From Reclinomonas americana ATCC 50394 (Eukaryota): a stretch of 37,517 nucleotides of DNA. Shown piece by piece: positions 12,576-22,854 of this stretch; position 1 is the first letter of the stretch, and each line of letters opens with the position of its first letter. The translations under genes were made by a program, and so were the position numbers. The notes beneath the pieces are model-generated. The model was given only the letters and a program-made list of their open reading frames with translations. It did no database searches and was not told the DNA's origin. The DNA lies in NCBI GenBank assembly GCA_048213135.1, contig PS015549.1:1-37517 (forward strand). Reading direction: 5' to 3'.

Positions 12576-12918
12576 GACGCGCACTTGTATGTGTGTGCAC
12601 CTCAACCTTCTATTTCGTTTTATTGTGCGATGCCTCTACTGCAAGCTGTAAAGTTTGCTTGCGTTTCTTTTTGGCAATATTCGTCGTCCTATTGGTTCTC
12701 GTATAAAAGATCCCACTCGCCCCGCACACCGCGTTTCTTTGCGTCACGGCATTCGGTATGCAGAAGTGCTCCTCTCTGTCTCACACCTGTCCTCCTCACT
12801 TCCCAGCAACGCCTCACTGGCCTTTCACCACGCCTCATCTTGTGCTCGCGAGGCGGGCGGACGTTGTCCGGTTTCGATAGACTTCGAAACTTTCTCATCG
12901 ACGAGAGAGAGGCGCACA

Positions 12919-15783
12919 ATGGGCAGCCCACGCACACCACGCGATGCAGTCACCACTGCCGACGGCACTGCTGGCGGTCCCAGTGGTAGCGGCAGTGCTC
13001 GCTATCGCCAGAAGCGCACATTGCGTATTGGCGTTGGCGCGCTCAGTCGCCCCATGGCCGCCGTCCTCCTCATTCTCACCCTCGCCATCTTTGCTGTGTG
13101 CGCGGCATCGCTGGCCTCGCAGCACTGGGTGTTGCGTGTGTGTGTGTGTGTGAGCTGCATGTGTGCAATCATCATCCTCATCTCTCTGCTGCAGCAAGAG
13201 GGATTGCCCTGACGAGTCGTTCACACACCTCGGTCTGGTCGACGGGTGCGTATGCGCAGAGGCCGACGTATGAGAACTGTCACAGCACTCATTCGCGCTT
13301 TGCTTCACAGGTACATCTGCCTCCCGTTTGGCCCGTTGCGTTTTGCAGAGTCATTCTTGTGCTCTCTCTCTCTCTTCCCTCTCCTCGCTCACTCGCTGCT
13401 CCCACACAGTGACGGTGGCCCCAAGACCTTTGTGTGCTCCCCCTTTGACACCACCATCGTCTCGTCGCTGAAGGCCAACAAAACGGTGAGTGCATCATAT
13501 GACCTGTGCAAGATTCTCTCTTCGCGGTAGCAGTTGTTGGAGCATTGGTGTCGTGAGTGGTGCGGCCGCGTGTCGATGCGCGCGCACTTCCTTCGCCCTG
13601 TCTAGTCGCTGCGCGCGCGCTTGCCGGCGCGCGTTCTCTCTCGTAGTATGTTTGTTGTTGTTGGCCAAGTGTTTTCAGATTTCGTGTCCGTTTCCTGTGT
13701 TGGCGCGAGATTGAGTGCACGTCGAGGTGGGCTGTGATGTGCTTCAGTAGCTGCAGTTGGGATGACAGCGAAAGGGGGGGGCGCGAAGGCGCTGAGAAAG
13801 CCGCACTGGGAGCTGTGACTGTCAGTGGTGTTCGATTTCGGTGGGGATCTTAAGCTTCTCTGCGTTGTGTGTTCCTTCGCGTGCCTGTCATCGTCGAGAC
13901 TCCTTCACTACCAGTGCCTCGGTGCACTGTCGGCGTGTGTCAGTTTGATATTCTCTTCTCTCCTGCTACTACTTGCTGCAGTTGATCATGAGCATGTACA
14001 TTCCGTGTTCACTACAACGAGGATGTGGAGAGGGCGCTCTACTCTGCATGAGAGAAGGAAGATCGGACCTCCCATCTCCTTCTTTGCGATCCTCACCTTC
14101 TCCCTCTCTTTTATCAGACCAAGGGCCTCGGTGCCACTGGCGTCGCCCTCACCGGCCTCCTTGTGTTTGCCCTCGTTGCGTACCTGATCAAGCCGTTGGC
14201 GCCCATCAAGTGGACTGTCGTGGTACGTGCCTTGTGCTTTCAGCGACCAGCAAACTTTCAGTCGTTTGTGACACACATCCCTTTTGCAGACGATTGCCTT
14301 CCTCGCCTGGCTGGTGAGGTCGCTTGCCTTTGCCATGTTGGTCTCTTCTCGTTTCACTCATTGTTCCTCAAAGTTCTGCATGACCACGGCTGCGTACTAC
14401 ACGGCCAACGCAGACCGATCGGCCTCGTGCGCCACAGTGGCCATGGTGAGTCCTCTTTCCCTCCTTTCCTTCTTCGTGAGCCAGCGCCGCCAAAACTCTT
14501 TCCGCTGTAGGGCTTCGCCTACGACTGGGGCTACATTGTGTTCTGGACGTTTGGCTTCGCACTGCTCTTCATTGTCTTCTGCCTCTCCCTCTCGCTGGAG
14601 GGCGTGCCTCTCGACGATGCCAACACCGTCAAATCGCCCATCTCGCCAATGCCCAACGCGTTCACCGACATTGAGGCAAATGCACCCAGCGGCGAGTATG
14701 CCAATGCGCCGGCCGGTAGCTGGCTGTGGATGGCCGGCATGCTGCCGACGCTGCGCACCGATGAAGACCAGGAGCGTCGCAATGCCATGTTCAAGAACTT
14801 TGACACCACCGGCAATCGAATGTTGTCGTTCAACAAGATTGACGTTGCGTGCGAGTGCACAAGTTTGCTGCACCCTTGCATCGGTGTCCCCTCATACTCT
14901 CCTCCAACAGGTTGGCTTCATGTCCTACCTGCGTCTGAATCACGAGCAGCGGCGTCAGCTAAAGCCCGCCATGCAAAACTCATTCCACGCCGCTCGCAAG
15001 TTCATCCACACACCGACTCCCGAAGGCGGCTTCCCCAATGGCAACGATCCGAACGACTTTGTGATGCGGGTGCGTGTCACTTGGCGTGTGTCTGATCATC
15101 TCTGACTTTGTTTCTCACCACACTCCATCTGTGCAGAAAGCATTCCGTATTTTCCTCAGCTGTTTCCAGCTCAATCTCGAGCTGCTCCATGTTGCGTGGC
15201 GGTGTGCCAACATGAATGTAGGCGCTGCGTTTTCACCTTGCGACGCTGGCAACACAGGTGTGGGACGAGATCAATGGTGGTTACGAGGGCGCCACCGACC
15301 GCCGTCTCACGTTCGAGACCTTCAACCGATTCTTCCCCAAGCTGGAGAAGTACGGCTACGTTTCCAACGGTGAGCTGGCATTGCCTTGTGAGGTGTCATG
15401 TCTTATGTCTCTCCCACTCATGCGCACTTGCTGGCAGATCCTGTGCAAGACTTCAGCGACATCAAGAAGGAGCGAGAGAGTTGAGTTTGCCTGTGTCACT
15501 GCAAGGAACAAGAACGCTTGTCCTCTTGCTCACATTCATACTACATCCCATACAGGCAGCGGCGTGGTCACCTTTGATGAAGTGCGTGCACTTGCCCACT
15601 GTGGTCTTGTTTGTTCTGTGACCTCATTCGTTTGTCTTCCCTCATGCAGTTCGCCACCTGGGCCACCTCCAAGAATCGAGTGCGTCGCGCCTCCTTCATC
15701 GCTCCCCCTCATCTCATCGCTCACCTAATCGCCCACAGGACCTCCACGATGTCGACTACGCCAACACGGAGCGCTACTTTTAG
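12919..15783 (+). CDS. Claudin/PMP22-like 4-TM protein fused to an FCaBP/calflagin-like EF-hand domain
   Basis: Exons 12919-13130, 13195-13245, 13311-13334, 13410-13485, [13486-14117 unresolved], 14118-14222, 14290-14313, 14374-14445, 14511-14843, 14911-15069, 15137-15190, 15258-15369, 15438-15479, 15556-15581, 15650-15679, 15739-15783. Claudin signature: ASLASQHW...HLGL...C...C and YDWGY before TM4. C-terminus is FCaBP-like: RRNAMFKNFDTTG...FRIFL...PKLEKYG...DP...F...GVVTFDEFATWA. Confidence 0.78.
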
Positions 15784-15858
15784 CCACAAACTTTCTCGTG
15801 CGCGTCACTATGCATATCCAATCAATACCCAAAACAATAAACAATATAAGTACAACAA

Positions 15859-17965
15859 CTACTCTTGCAACGACTGACGCGTCTCTCTTTGCCACTTGGC
15901 GCGCTGCGCATATCCCTGCCGTGGTGGTGGCGTAGTGGCCAGCATCGTCCGCGGCGATCGCGGTGATTGCGGTGGCGACAAGATGGCAGTGTCGGTGACA
16001 TCGATCATGGATGCCGTGGCAGCCACCAGGTCGCGTGCACTCAGCGGCGGCACCAACGCCGACGCTCGTCGTGCAAACGAGGACGAGGCAGCTGACGACA
16101 CGGTGTGTGCCGCGTAGCGCGGTGACGCCGGACCACGATGCGTGTACTCCTGTGGAGGCGGTGGTGGTGGTGTTGGCGATGGTGAGGGTGCGACACTCGG
16201 TCGCGGCGACACGGCATCGCTGCTCTGGCGTCTTCGGTGCGCGCTGTTGGTGGGAGTCGGCGATTTGCTAGGCAGTGGCGACGGTGAGGGTGAGCGGATG
16301 CCGCCGGCACGCGACGACGATCGCGACGACATGGAGCTGCGCTCCTCAATGTCCGCCTGTTCCTGCATCCGCCGAAAGTCTGCCATGGTCTGCAGCGGCT
16401 GCTGCGGATCATTGAGTGCGCCTTCCGAGGCCGACGGGAGACGCAGATTTGGAACCACCACTCCAGAGACCACTCGCGGCGCCGACGAGGATGGAGTGGA
16501 GCGTGGTGGCCTGTCGCCCGACGGAGTCGACGAGCGGGGAGTCAGTGATGGAGGTGGCGGTGGCAAGAAGGAGGGTGGCGGAGTTGAGGCCCCGCGAGGC
16601 GAGTACAAGCGCTGTGCGTGGGGAAATGAATCAATGTGAAGAAGGAGAGAAAACAGAAATATTGCACGCCAACCTCTCGTACGGGTGAATCGCGCATGTA
16701 GGACGCCGGTGAGTCGGCTCCCTGTGCAAGCATGAGAGTAGTGAGTCCAGAGAGCATTGATGTGCGTCGAAGCAGCGCTGGAGGAGGTAACCATTCGATT
16801 CCTGTGGCCTGGATCGCCACCCTGCGACCGTCACGAACGTGAGCCAGCCGCTTTCACGAGGAAAGCACAGTCGTCGCACGCAACAACGTTCTCCTCCAGT
16901 CGACTGCGCAGCAGCAGGACCTCGGTTTGCGCCGCACTGGCCTCCACTAGCGCCATGGACAAGTCGCGCTGCAGGTTTTGCAAGTCGCGGGTGGTCGACT
17001 GCAATTGCTCCAACACTGAATCCAACTGCGTAAAATAGAAAGAGAAGCCGTCAATGAAGAGCTCGGCTGTGCTGTGTCATTCCCCCCTTTGCCGCACTGC
17101 ACCTGCTTGGATCTGCATTGTACGAGTGGTGAGTTGAAGACAACTGTATCTGTTTTGAAGAACGCTCACCTCGCATCGGCCTGCCTCAACTGCGACTGCA
17201 GCGCATCGATGGTAGCGTTCTTTTGCGACAGGAGCATATCGCGTCTGTGAACGCACACCCGCTCATCAGATGGCGGAACCAGTCGCGAGGGGCAACGACA
17301 TACGCGCAACTGTTGTCTCTCCTCCGTCCACAGCTTCTGCCGACTCTGCAGTGCCTCGTTGTCGGTCTCCAGCTGCAACAGCCGCTGCCGCAGCGCCTGG
17401 ATCACCTGCGCCGCATCGCCTCCGTTGACCTCCATCTGCTCTTGGCTGCCCTTGATCGGCGACAACACAAACGACTGACTGCCATTGCTGCTGCTCGTCA
17501 TCATCGACAGTGCCGGTGCTTTCAACACGGCGTCCACATCGATCCACGACGACACATCGTGCCGGTCCGTGCTCAGTTCGTCGTCATCATCATCGTCCTG
17601 ATCTGTGTCATCGTAGTCCACCAGTCGCTGCACCGGAGACAGGGCGACTGAGTTGCTGACGACTGTCAATGAGTGTGGCGGTGGTGGCGGTAGTGGTGGT
17701 GGCGGAGGCGGAAGCGACGGCACTCGCATGGCGTCACTGTTGCTCAGCGTGGTGTCGAGCAGCGGTGGTGGTGGTGGCGGGAGGGGGTGTGTCCGCAATG
17801 AGGGAGGTGGTGGCGATGGCGACGAGGAGACTGAGCGTATAATTGATTGGGTGAGCGGAAAGAAGACAAGGCCGGCGGAGCGAGTGACGTGCCTGGCGGT
17901 GTGGTCAGTGTGCGGAAGCGCTCCATGAACTGCGCCTTGCGCAGCGAGAGGCTTGGCGAGGCCAT
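15859..17965 (-). CDS. Hypothetical coiled-coil, Pro/Ser-rich protein
   Basis: ATG at 17965. Exon 17965-17893 (GC donor) and a large exon from 17830. Heptad-rich segments IQALRQRLLQLETDNEALQ and LEQLQSTTRDLQNLQRDL. Long terminal ORF to the stop at 15859. Some internal junctions are uncertain. Confidence 0.6.
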
Positions 17966-18176
17966 CCTCAATCAGAAAAGGGGAGGAGGGCCCTCTCGAC
18001 GCGTGCCTTTGTCCAAATGTTCGCAGAATGAGAGGACAAGTCGCACTCAGCCACCGCGGCTACGATTGGTGGGAAGCATCACTTCACGAGGGACTAGCAA
18101 GGTGCCGCCAGTGCAATTGATGAAGAGAGGAAGAAGGAAGTGACAGAACCGAGGCAGATCAGACTTCGAATCGATA

Positions 18177-19155
18177 TCACACGCACTTGAGGCGTGGTTC
18201 GGCGGGCTCCATCAACCAAATCCATCCTTTCCCACTGTACGCCGCCGCTGTTGCCTCGACGGTCAAGTCCAGCAGCGAGAGAGACAGAAGACAACTGGCA
18301 CAAAACAGTCGCTGCTGCAACACAGTCCCTTTCTCGCTGNNNNNNNNNNNNNNNNNNNNNNNNNNNNNNNNNNNNNNNNNNNNNNNNNNNNNNNNNNNNN
18401 NNNNNNNNNNNNNNNNNNNNNNNNNNNNNNNNNNNNNNNNNNNNNNNNNNNNNNNNNNNNNNNNNNNNNNNNNNNNNNNNNNNNNNNNNNNNNNNNNNNN
18501 NNNNNNNNNNNNNNNNNNNAATGCCACCGACCTTCTCCTCGTCAGCAGGGTGAAACTGCACGCCGGACCAGCCACGCTCGCCACTCCCACAGCCGTCTCC
18601 AGTCGGGGCCTGGATCACGTACCCCTCGAAACCACTCGCCGAGCGCGACACGCCAGCCGCAACCGCCGACGAAGCAGCGGTTTCACCTCGCCTCTTGGCC
18701 GTCGGTTCCGCTTCCGCAACAGCAGCAGCATCATCGTCACCATCCACAGCAGTCTGCATTCCACCACGCCACTCGGGTCGGTTCCTCAAGTACCGCACCA
18801 CCACATGCCCGGCCTCATCACTCGAGGCCAGCCGCACATTGTCGGGATCGTCGGCGTGTTGTCGCACGCTGACACACTGCACCTCGCATCGATGGCCCAC
18901 GGGTTCCAGCAGCGCCACTCGCGGAGCATCATCGCCCCACTACATTCAAGAGTCAACACACACACACACACAAAGACTGCAAACAAGCTCGCCTCTCTCT
19001 CTCTCACGCTCCGCAACTGTGCACATGTGAACCGCGCAGTCGTTGGCCACATACGCCACACGCTCTGTGCCCGCCAATGCACACACGCGCTGGCCAACTG
19101 AACCTGGACCCGCTCCCGGCGACATGTCTCCCAACAGTGGAACGCTGCGCAACAT
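18177..19155 (-). CDS. WD40-repeat protein, interrupted by an N-gap
   Basis: Exons 19155-19018 and 18939-18532 in phase: GHRCEVQCVSV...LASSDEAGHVVVR...GSGERGWSGVQFHP. The C-terminus (...AAAYSGKGWIWLMEPAEPRLKCV*, ending 18177) is tentative. Confidence 0.62.
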
Positions 19156-19242
19156 CGAGGAAGAGTGAAGGAAGGAGGACAATGCACGCGACGCGCGGGC
19201 ATGCATGATCCCAATTGAACCTCGACCAAAGTGTGTTTTCCC

Positions 19243-19629
19243 ATGAGTGCAGCTGCTGGCGGAAGTGGTGGTGGCGACCGTGGCGACCGTGGTGACCGTG
19301 GTGACCGTGGAGACCGTGGAGACCGTGGTGGAGATCGCGGTCATGGTGGGAAGCAGCGCAAGGACACTGGTATCAACTTGGAAAAGCACCTCGACAAGCC
19401 GGTGATGGTCAAGTTCACGGGTGGTCGGGAAGGTGAGAGCGTGTGTGCGTGCATTGCGCGCGTGTGTGTGTGTCGACTCACAATGGTGGCAGTGATGGGT
19501 GTGTTGAAGGGCAGTGACAACATGTTGAATTTGGTGCGTGATGCATTCCTCGCGTGCGTGTGTGTTTGTGCATGACGATGACGATTAGTGTGCTGCAGGT
19601 GCTGGACGACACCAAGGAGTACTTGCGAG
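19243..19629 (+). CDS. LSM7: Sm-like protein LSm7 (3' end in gap)
   Basis: Exons 19243-19432, 19493-19533, 19599-19629: INLEKHLDKPVMVKFTGGRE|VMGVLKGSDNMLNL|VLDDTKEYLR, the LSm7 Sm1 motif. Confidence 0.85.
19273..19338 (+). repeat. 9-bp coding tandem repeat GG(C/T/A)GACCGT encoding (GDR)n
   Basis: Six tandem GDR units plus one variant in LSM7 exon 1. Confidence 0.85.
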
Positions 19630-19690
19630 GTTTGTGTGTGTGAGAGAGAGACAGAGAGAGAATTGTGCANNNNNNNNNNNNNNNNNNNNC

Positions 19691-19759
19691 GTGGACGGTG
19701 GCCGCTTTGGCATCTTCACGGTCGGCTACTACGTGCTGTTCGAGAAGCCACTGAACTAG
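19691..19759 (+). CDS. C-terminal fragment of sterol C24-methyltransferase
   Basis: VDGGRFGIFTVGYYVLFEKPLN* resembles the SMT C-terminal motif LVxGGxxGIFTPMYxxxxRKP. Confidence 0.6.
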   Translation: MDGGRFGIFTVGYYVLFEKPLN

Positions 19760-19911
19760 ACAGACTTTGTGGTGGAACATAGGAGAGAGAGAGTGGGTGT
19801 TGAAGGAAGGAGGGAGGAATGAAGGAAGGGAAACATTTTTTGATTGACTCGCTCACGCAATCAACCAACAACCCTCAACACACAAAAGCGAGAGAGCAGA
19901 CGGACGGCATC

Positions 19912-20812
19912 ATGGTGTTCTACTTTGAGTGCATCGGTGTGTTGACATGTTGTTAGAGTGTGTGTGAAAGAGAGAGTGTGCGTGTGTGACTGTGCGTGTG
20001 AGTTGAGCCTGAAAATAGAGCGTGTCACGCACACAGAACCTCGTGTTGGCATCATCTACATGGGCCGCGACAAGTTTGAGAACGAGGAGCTGATCAAGTA
20101 CGGGTGGCCGGAGGATGTGTGGTGAGCCGCACATCATCGCACGCATGTGATTCTACTCACATTGCATCACTCATCCTGCTCTCTTCTCCTCTCTTCTCAC
20201 TTAGGTTCCACGTTGACAACTTCTCATCGGCACACGTGTACCTGCGACTGAATGAGGGCTTCACGATTGACACGATTCCGGAGGAGGTGATTGCGGAATG
20301 TGCACAGCTCACCAAGGGCAACTCGATTTCCGGATGCAAGGAGGCACAGGTCACCGTCGTCTACACACCGTGGTGCGTGGCAGCGAGAGCACGCAGTCCA
20401 GACCTGGCCTCCACTCGCTCGCTCTCTCACCATCCCCTTGCTCAGGTCCAACCTGAAGAAGACGGCCGCCATGGAGCCCGGCGAGGTGAGCTTCCACAAC
20501 CGGCGGCTGGTGCGCTCGATCAAGATCGAGAAGGACAAGGATATCTTGAAGCGCATCTCGCGCACACAGACCGAGCCGACGGTCGACTTCCAAGCAGAGC
20601 GTGCGACTCGTGATGCGCGTGAGCGGGCACGTCAACGGGAGCAGATTCGAGAGGAGGAGAAGAGGCGCGAGGAGGAGCGAAGGGCGCGAGAGCAGGAGCG
20701 CGAGACTCGCTCGTACACTGGCTTCTTCTCGGAGGATCAGATGGCCACCAACACCAACAAGCATCTGAGTGAGGGCGTCAGCTTCCGCGACGTGGAGGAG
20801 GACTTCATGTAA
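19912..20812 (+). CDS. CCDC25: CCDC25/Jlp2 (NFACT-R domain)
   Basis: [52 protein letters not shown]...GNSISGCK...VVYTPW|SNLKKT...EEDFM*. All hallmark motifs present. Confidence 0.95.
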
Positions 20813-21165
20813 GAGTGCGTCTGCTTTTGGTGGAGGAGGAGGACATGCGAATGAATGCAGCAGCGCGGCTTCAATCATCTTCCACTCGCGCANNNNNNNN
20901 NNNNNNNNNNNNNNNNNNNNNNNNNNNNNNNNNNNNNNNNNNNNNNNNNNNNNNNNNNNNNNNNNNNNNNNNNNNNNNNNNNNNNNNNNNNNNNNNNNNN
21001 NNNNNNNNNNNNNNNNNNNNNNNNNNNNNNNNNNNNNNNNNNNNNNNNNNNNNNNNNNNNGGCCCAGCGAGCGAGGAGCACGGCGCGACATGGCATACAC
21101 TCTCTCTCTCCCCTCTCTCTCCCTCTTCCTCTCTCTCTGCACACGACATGCAAGCAAGACGCAAC

Positions 21166-21502
21166 GTTGTAGTACACGGCGGCTGCGCATCGAGAGAGAG
21201 AGCGAGCGTGTGAGCAACAGCTGCAGCAGCAGCAGGACATGGTCTGGCATGTTCGTTGTTTTTCTCCCCCCGCACTCACCCACATCGTCGTACTTCTCAA
21301 TCGCCTTGCCGGTGGTGAGGGCATCGTCGACCTGCGAGATGTCGCGATCGGTGTTGGCAATGAAGCGGTTGCGTGAGCGGAAGACCGAGCCGCGGCTGAT
21401 GAGCAGGTACGAGAGAGCCAGCAGGGGGAGCGCCACAATGGCGAACCACCACGAGGTGACGAGGCAGGCAACGGACGAGAGACCGGGAAGAGTGAGGATC
21501 AT
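21166..21502 (-). CDS. N-terminal part of sterol C24-methyltransferase with TM anchor (rest in gap)
   Basis: Exons 21502-21280 and 21182-21166. A hydrophobic N-terminus is followed by ...GKAIEKYDDV|AAVYYN, matching the region just before the SMT motif YYxLxTDFYExGWG. Confidence 0.55.
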
Positions 21503-22571
21503 TGCGGAGGGGCTCCGGCGAAAAAATAACGTGCGTGAGAAGATTTCGGAGGACATGCAGGGGACATGCCGCTGGAGATGGCTTGGATGGCGTCTGCAGC
21601 GGGGGCGCATGTGCGGCGAGGTGTGTGACCATTCAACACACGAGTCCACCCTCCTTGGCTCGACGCTGACGCTGAAAAAGCCAACGTCGAGGAAAGAATT
21701 CGACCGACACGCTGCAGGCTGCTGCGCGATGCCGGCTCTCCATCGGCAAAAGCACACAGCTGTGATCTCTCACCCATCCTTTCCCTTCTTCAACTGCATG
21801 CTCGACCTCTCCGGGCAACGTCGAGCGGGGCGCTTTCAGACGAGCGCCATGTGCACATTCACATCACGCACCCACCTTCACCACGCCCACCTTCTCTCGC
21901 GCCGCCCCAGCGCCGCCACGCCCGCCGCACTTGGATCTGGGCACGATTGCACCTTATGCCGAGCTTCGAGTCACGCGCCACGGTGCAAACACAGCATTGA
22001 ACGATGCGACGAAATATCTCGCGATTGCGATCGAGCCCACAAGCGGCGACCGAGTGCGCGACAGCATAAGAGGCGGCGCGGCACACCATTGCAACCTATT
22101 GAAGCGATTATACTCGCAAGGATCTAATGATTAGGCGAGTTGTTCCTTCTGTGTTTCTCTAAAGAGACACTTTCCTCAGCCCCGACGATGATAGTCGCCT
22201 CCCACTTACCTGCATGAGGTCTGCTGACACCCGTTTCTTATGGAGCGTGGTGCTCAGCAACGAGGATTGCACGCACTGTCGTAACTGACTGGTGTGAGGT
22301 GGTGAGGGTGACTGAGGGGCCGGGGATCTTTTTTTGTGGATTATGAAAGCGAAAGAAAATTGTGTAAGGGAAGAAGCTTGATCGTCGCGTCAAGTTTACA
22401 CTCGAAACCCGTCAGCTACGCTGTCACATCTTTGTTCTGTCTGAGCACGCGAGAAGCCGACACGCCACTCTTCTCCACAAATCCTGTCATCGTCAGAGGC
22501 CGTGTTGGCGTGTTTTTGCTGAATTCTGGCGTCGCGAGAGAGAGAGAGACAATACCACCACCACCACCACC

Positions 22572-22817
22572 ATGTTCTACCAGAGTGAGGCGGAAAAGGA
22601 CAGGCGGATGCGCGGCAAGTCACGCCGTCGCACAAGGGCGTCATCACCACCGCCACGACGCTTGGGGAACGCCAGCGGTGGCTTTTGCACGTACTGCTCA
22701 CCGACGCTCGCCATCCGACTGTGCGATCGGGACCACATCAGGGGCATTGTGCGCGAAGCTGTGCGTGAGCGACGATGTGAGGAGGCAGAGGCGAGCGTAC
22801 GCAGCGGAAGTCAGTGA
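22572..22817 (+). CDS. Possible small basic protein (81 aa)
   Basis: Intronless ORF with a CCACCATG start context, convergent with the RBR gene. No motif support. Confidence 0.25.
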   Translation: MFYQSEAEKDRRMRGKSRRRTRASSPPPRRLGNASGGFCTYCSPTLAIRLCDRDHIRGIVREAVRERRCEEAEASVRSGSQ

Positions 22818-22854
22818 GACGGAATGTACTGCTGCTACACTCAGCGCAGCCGTT

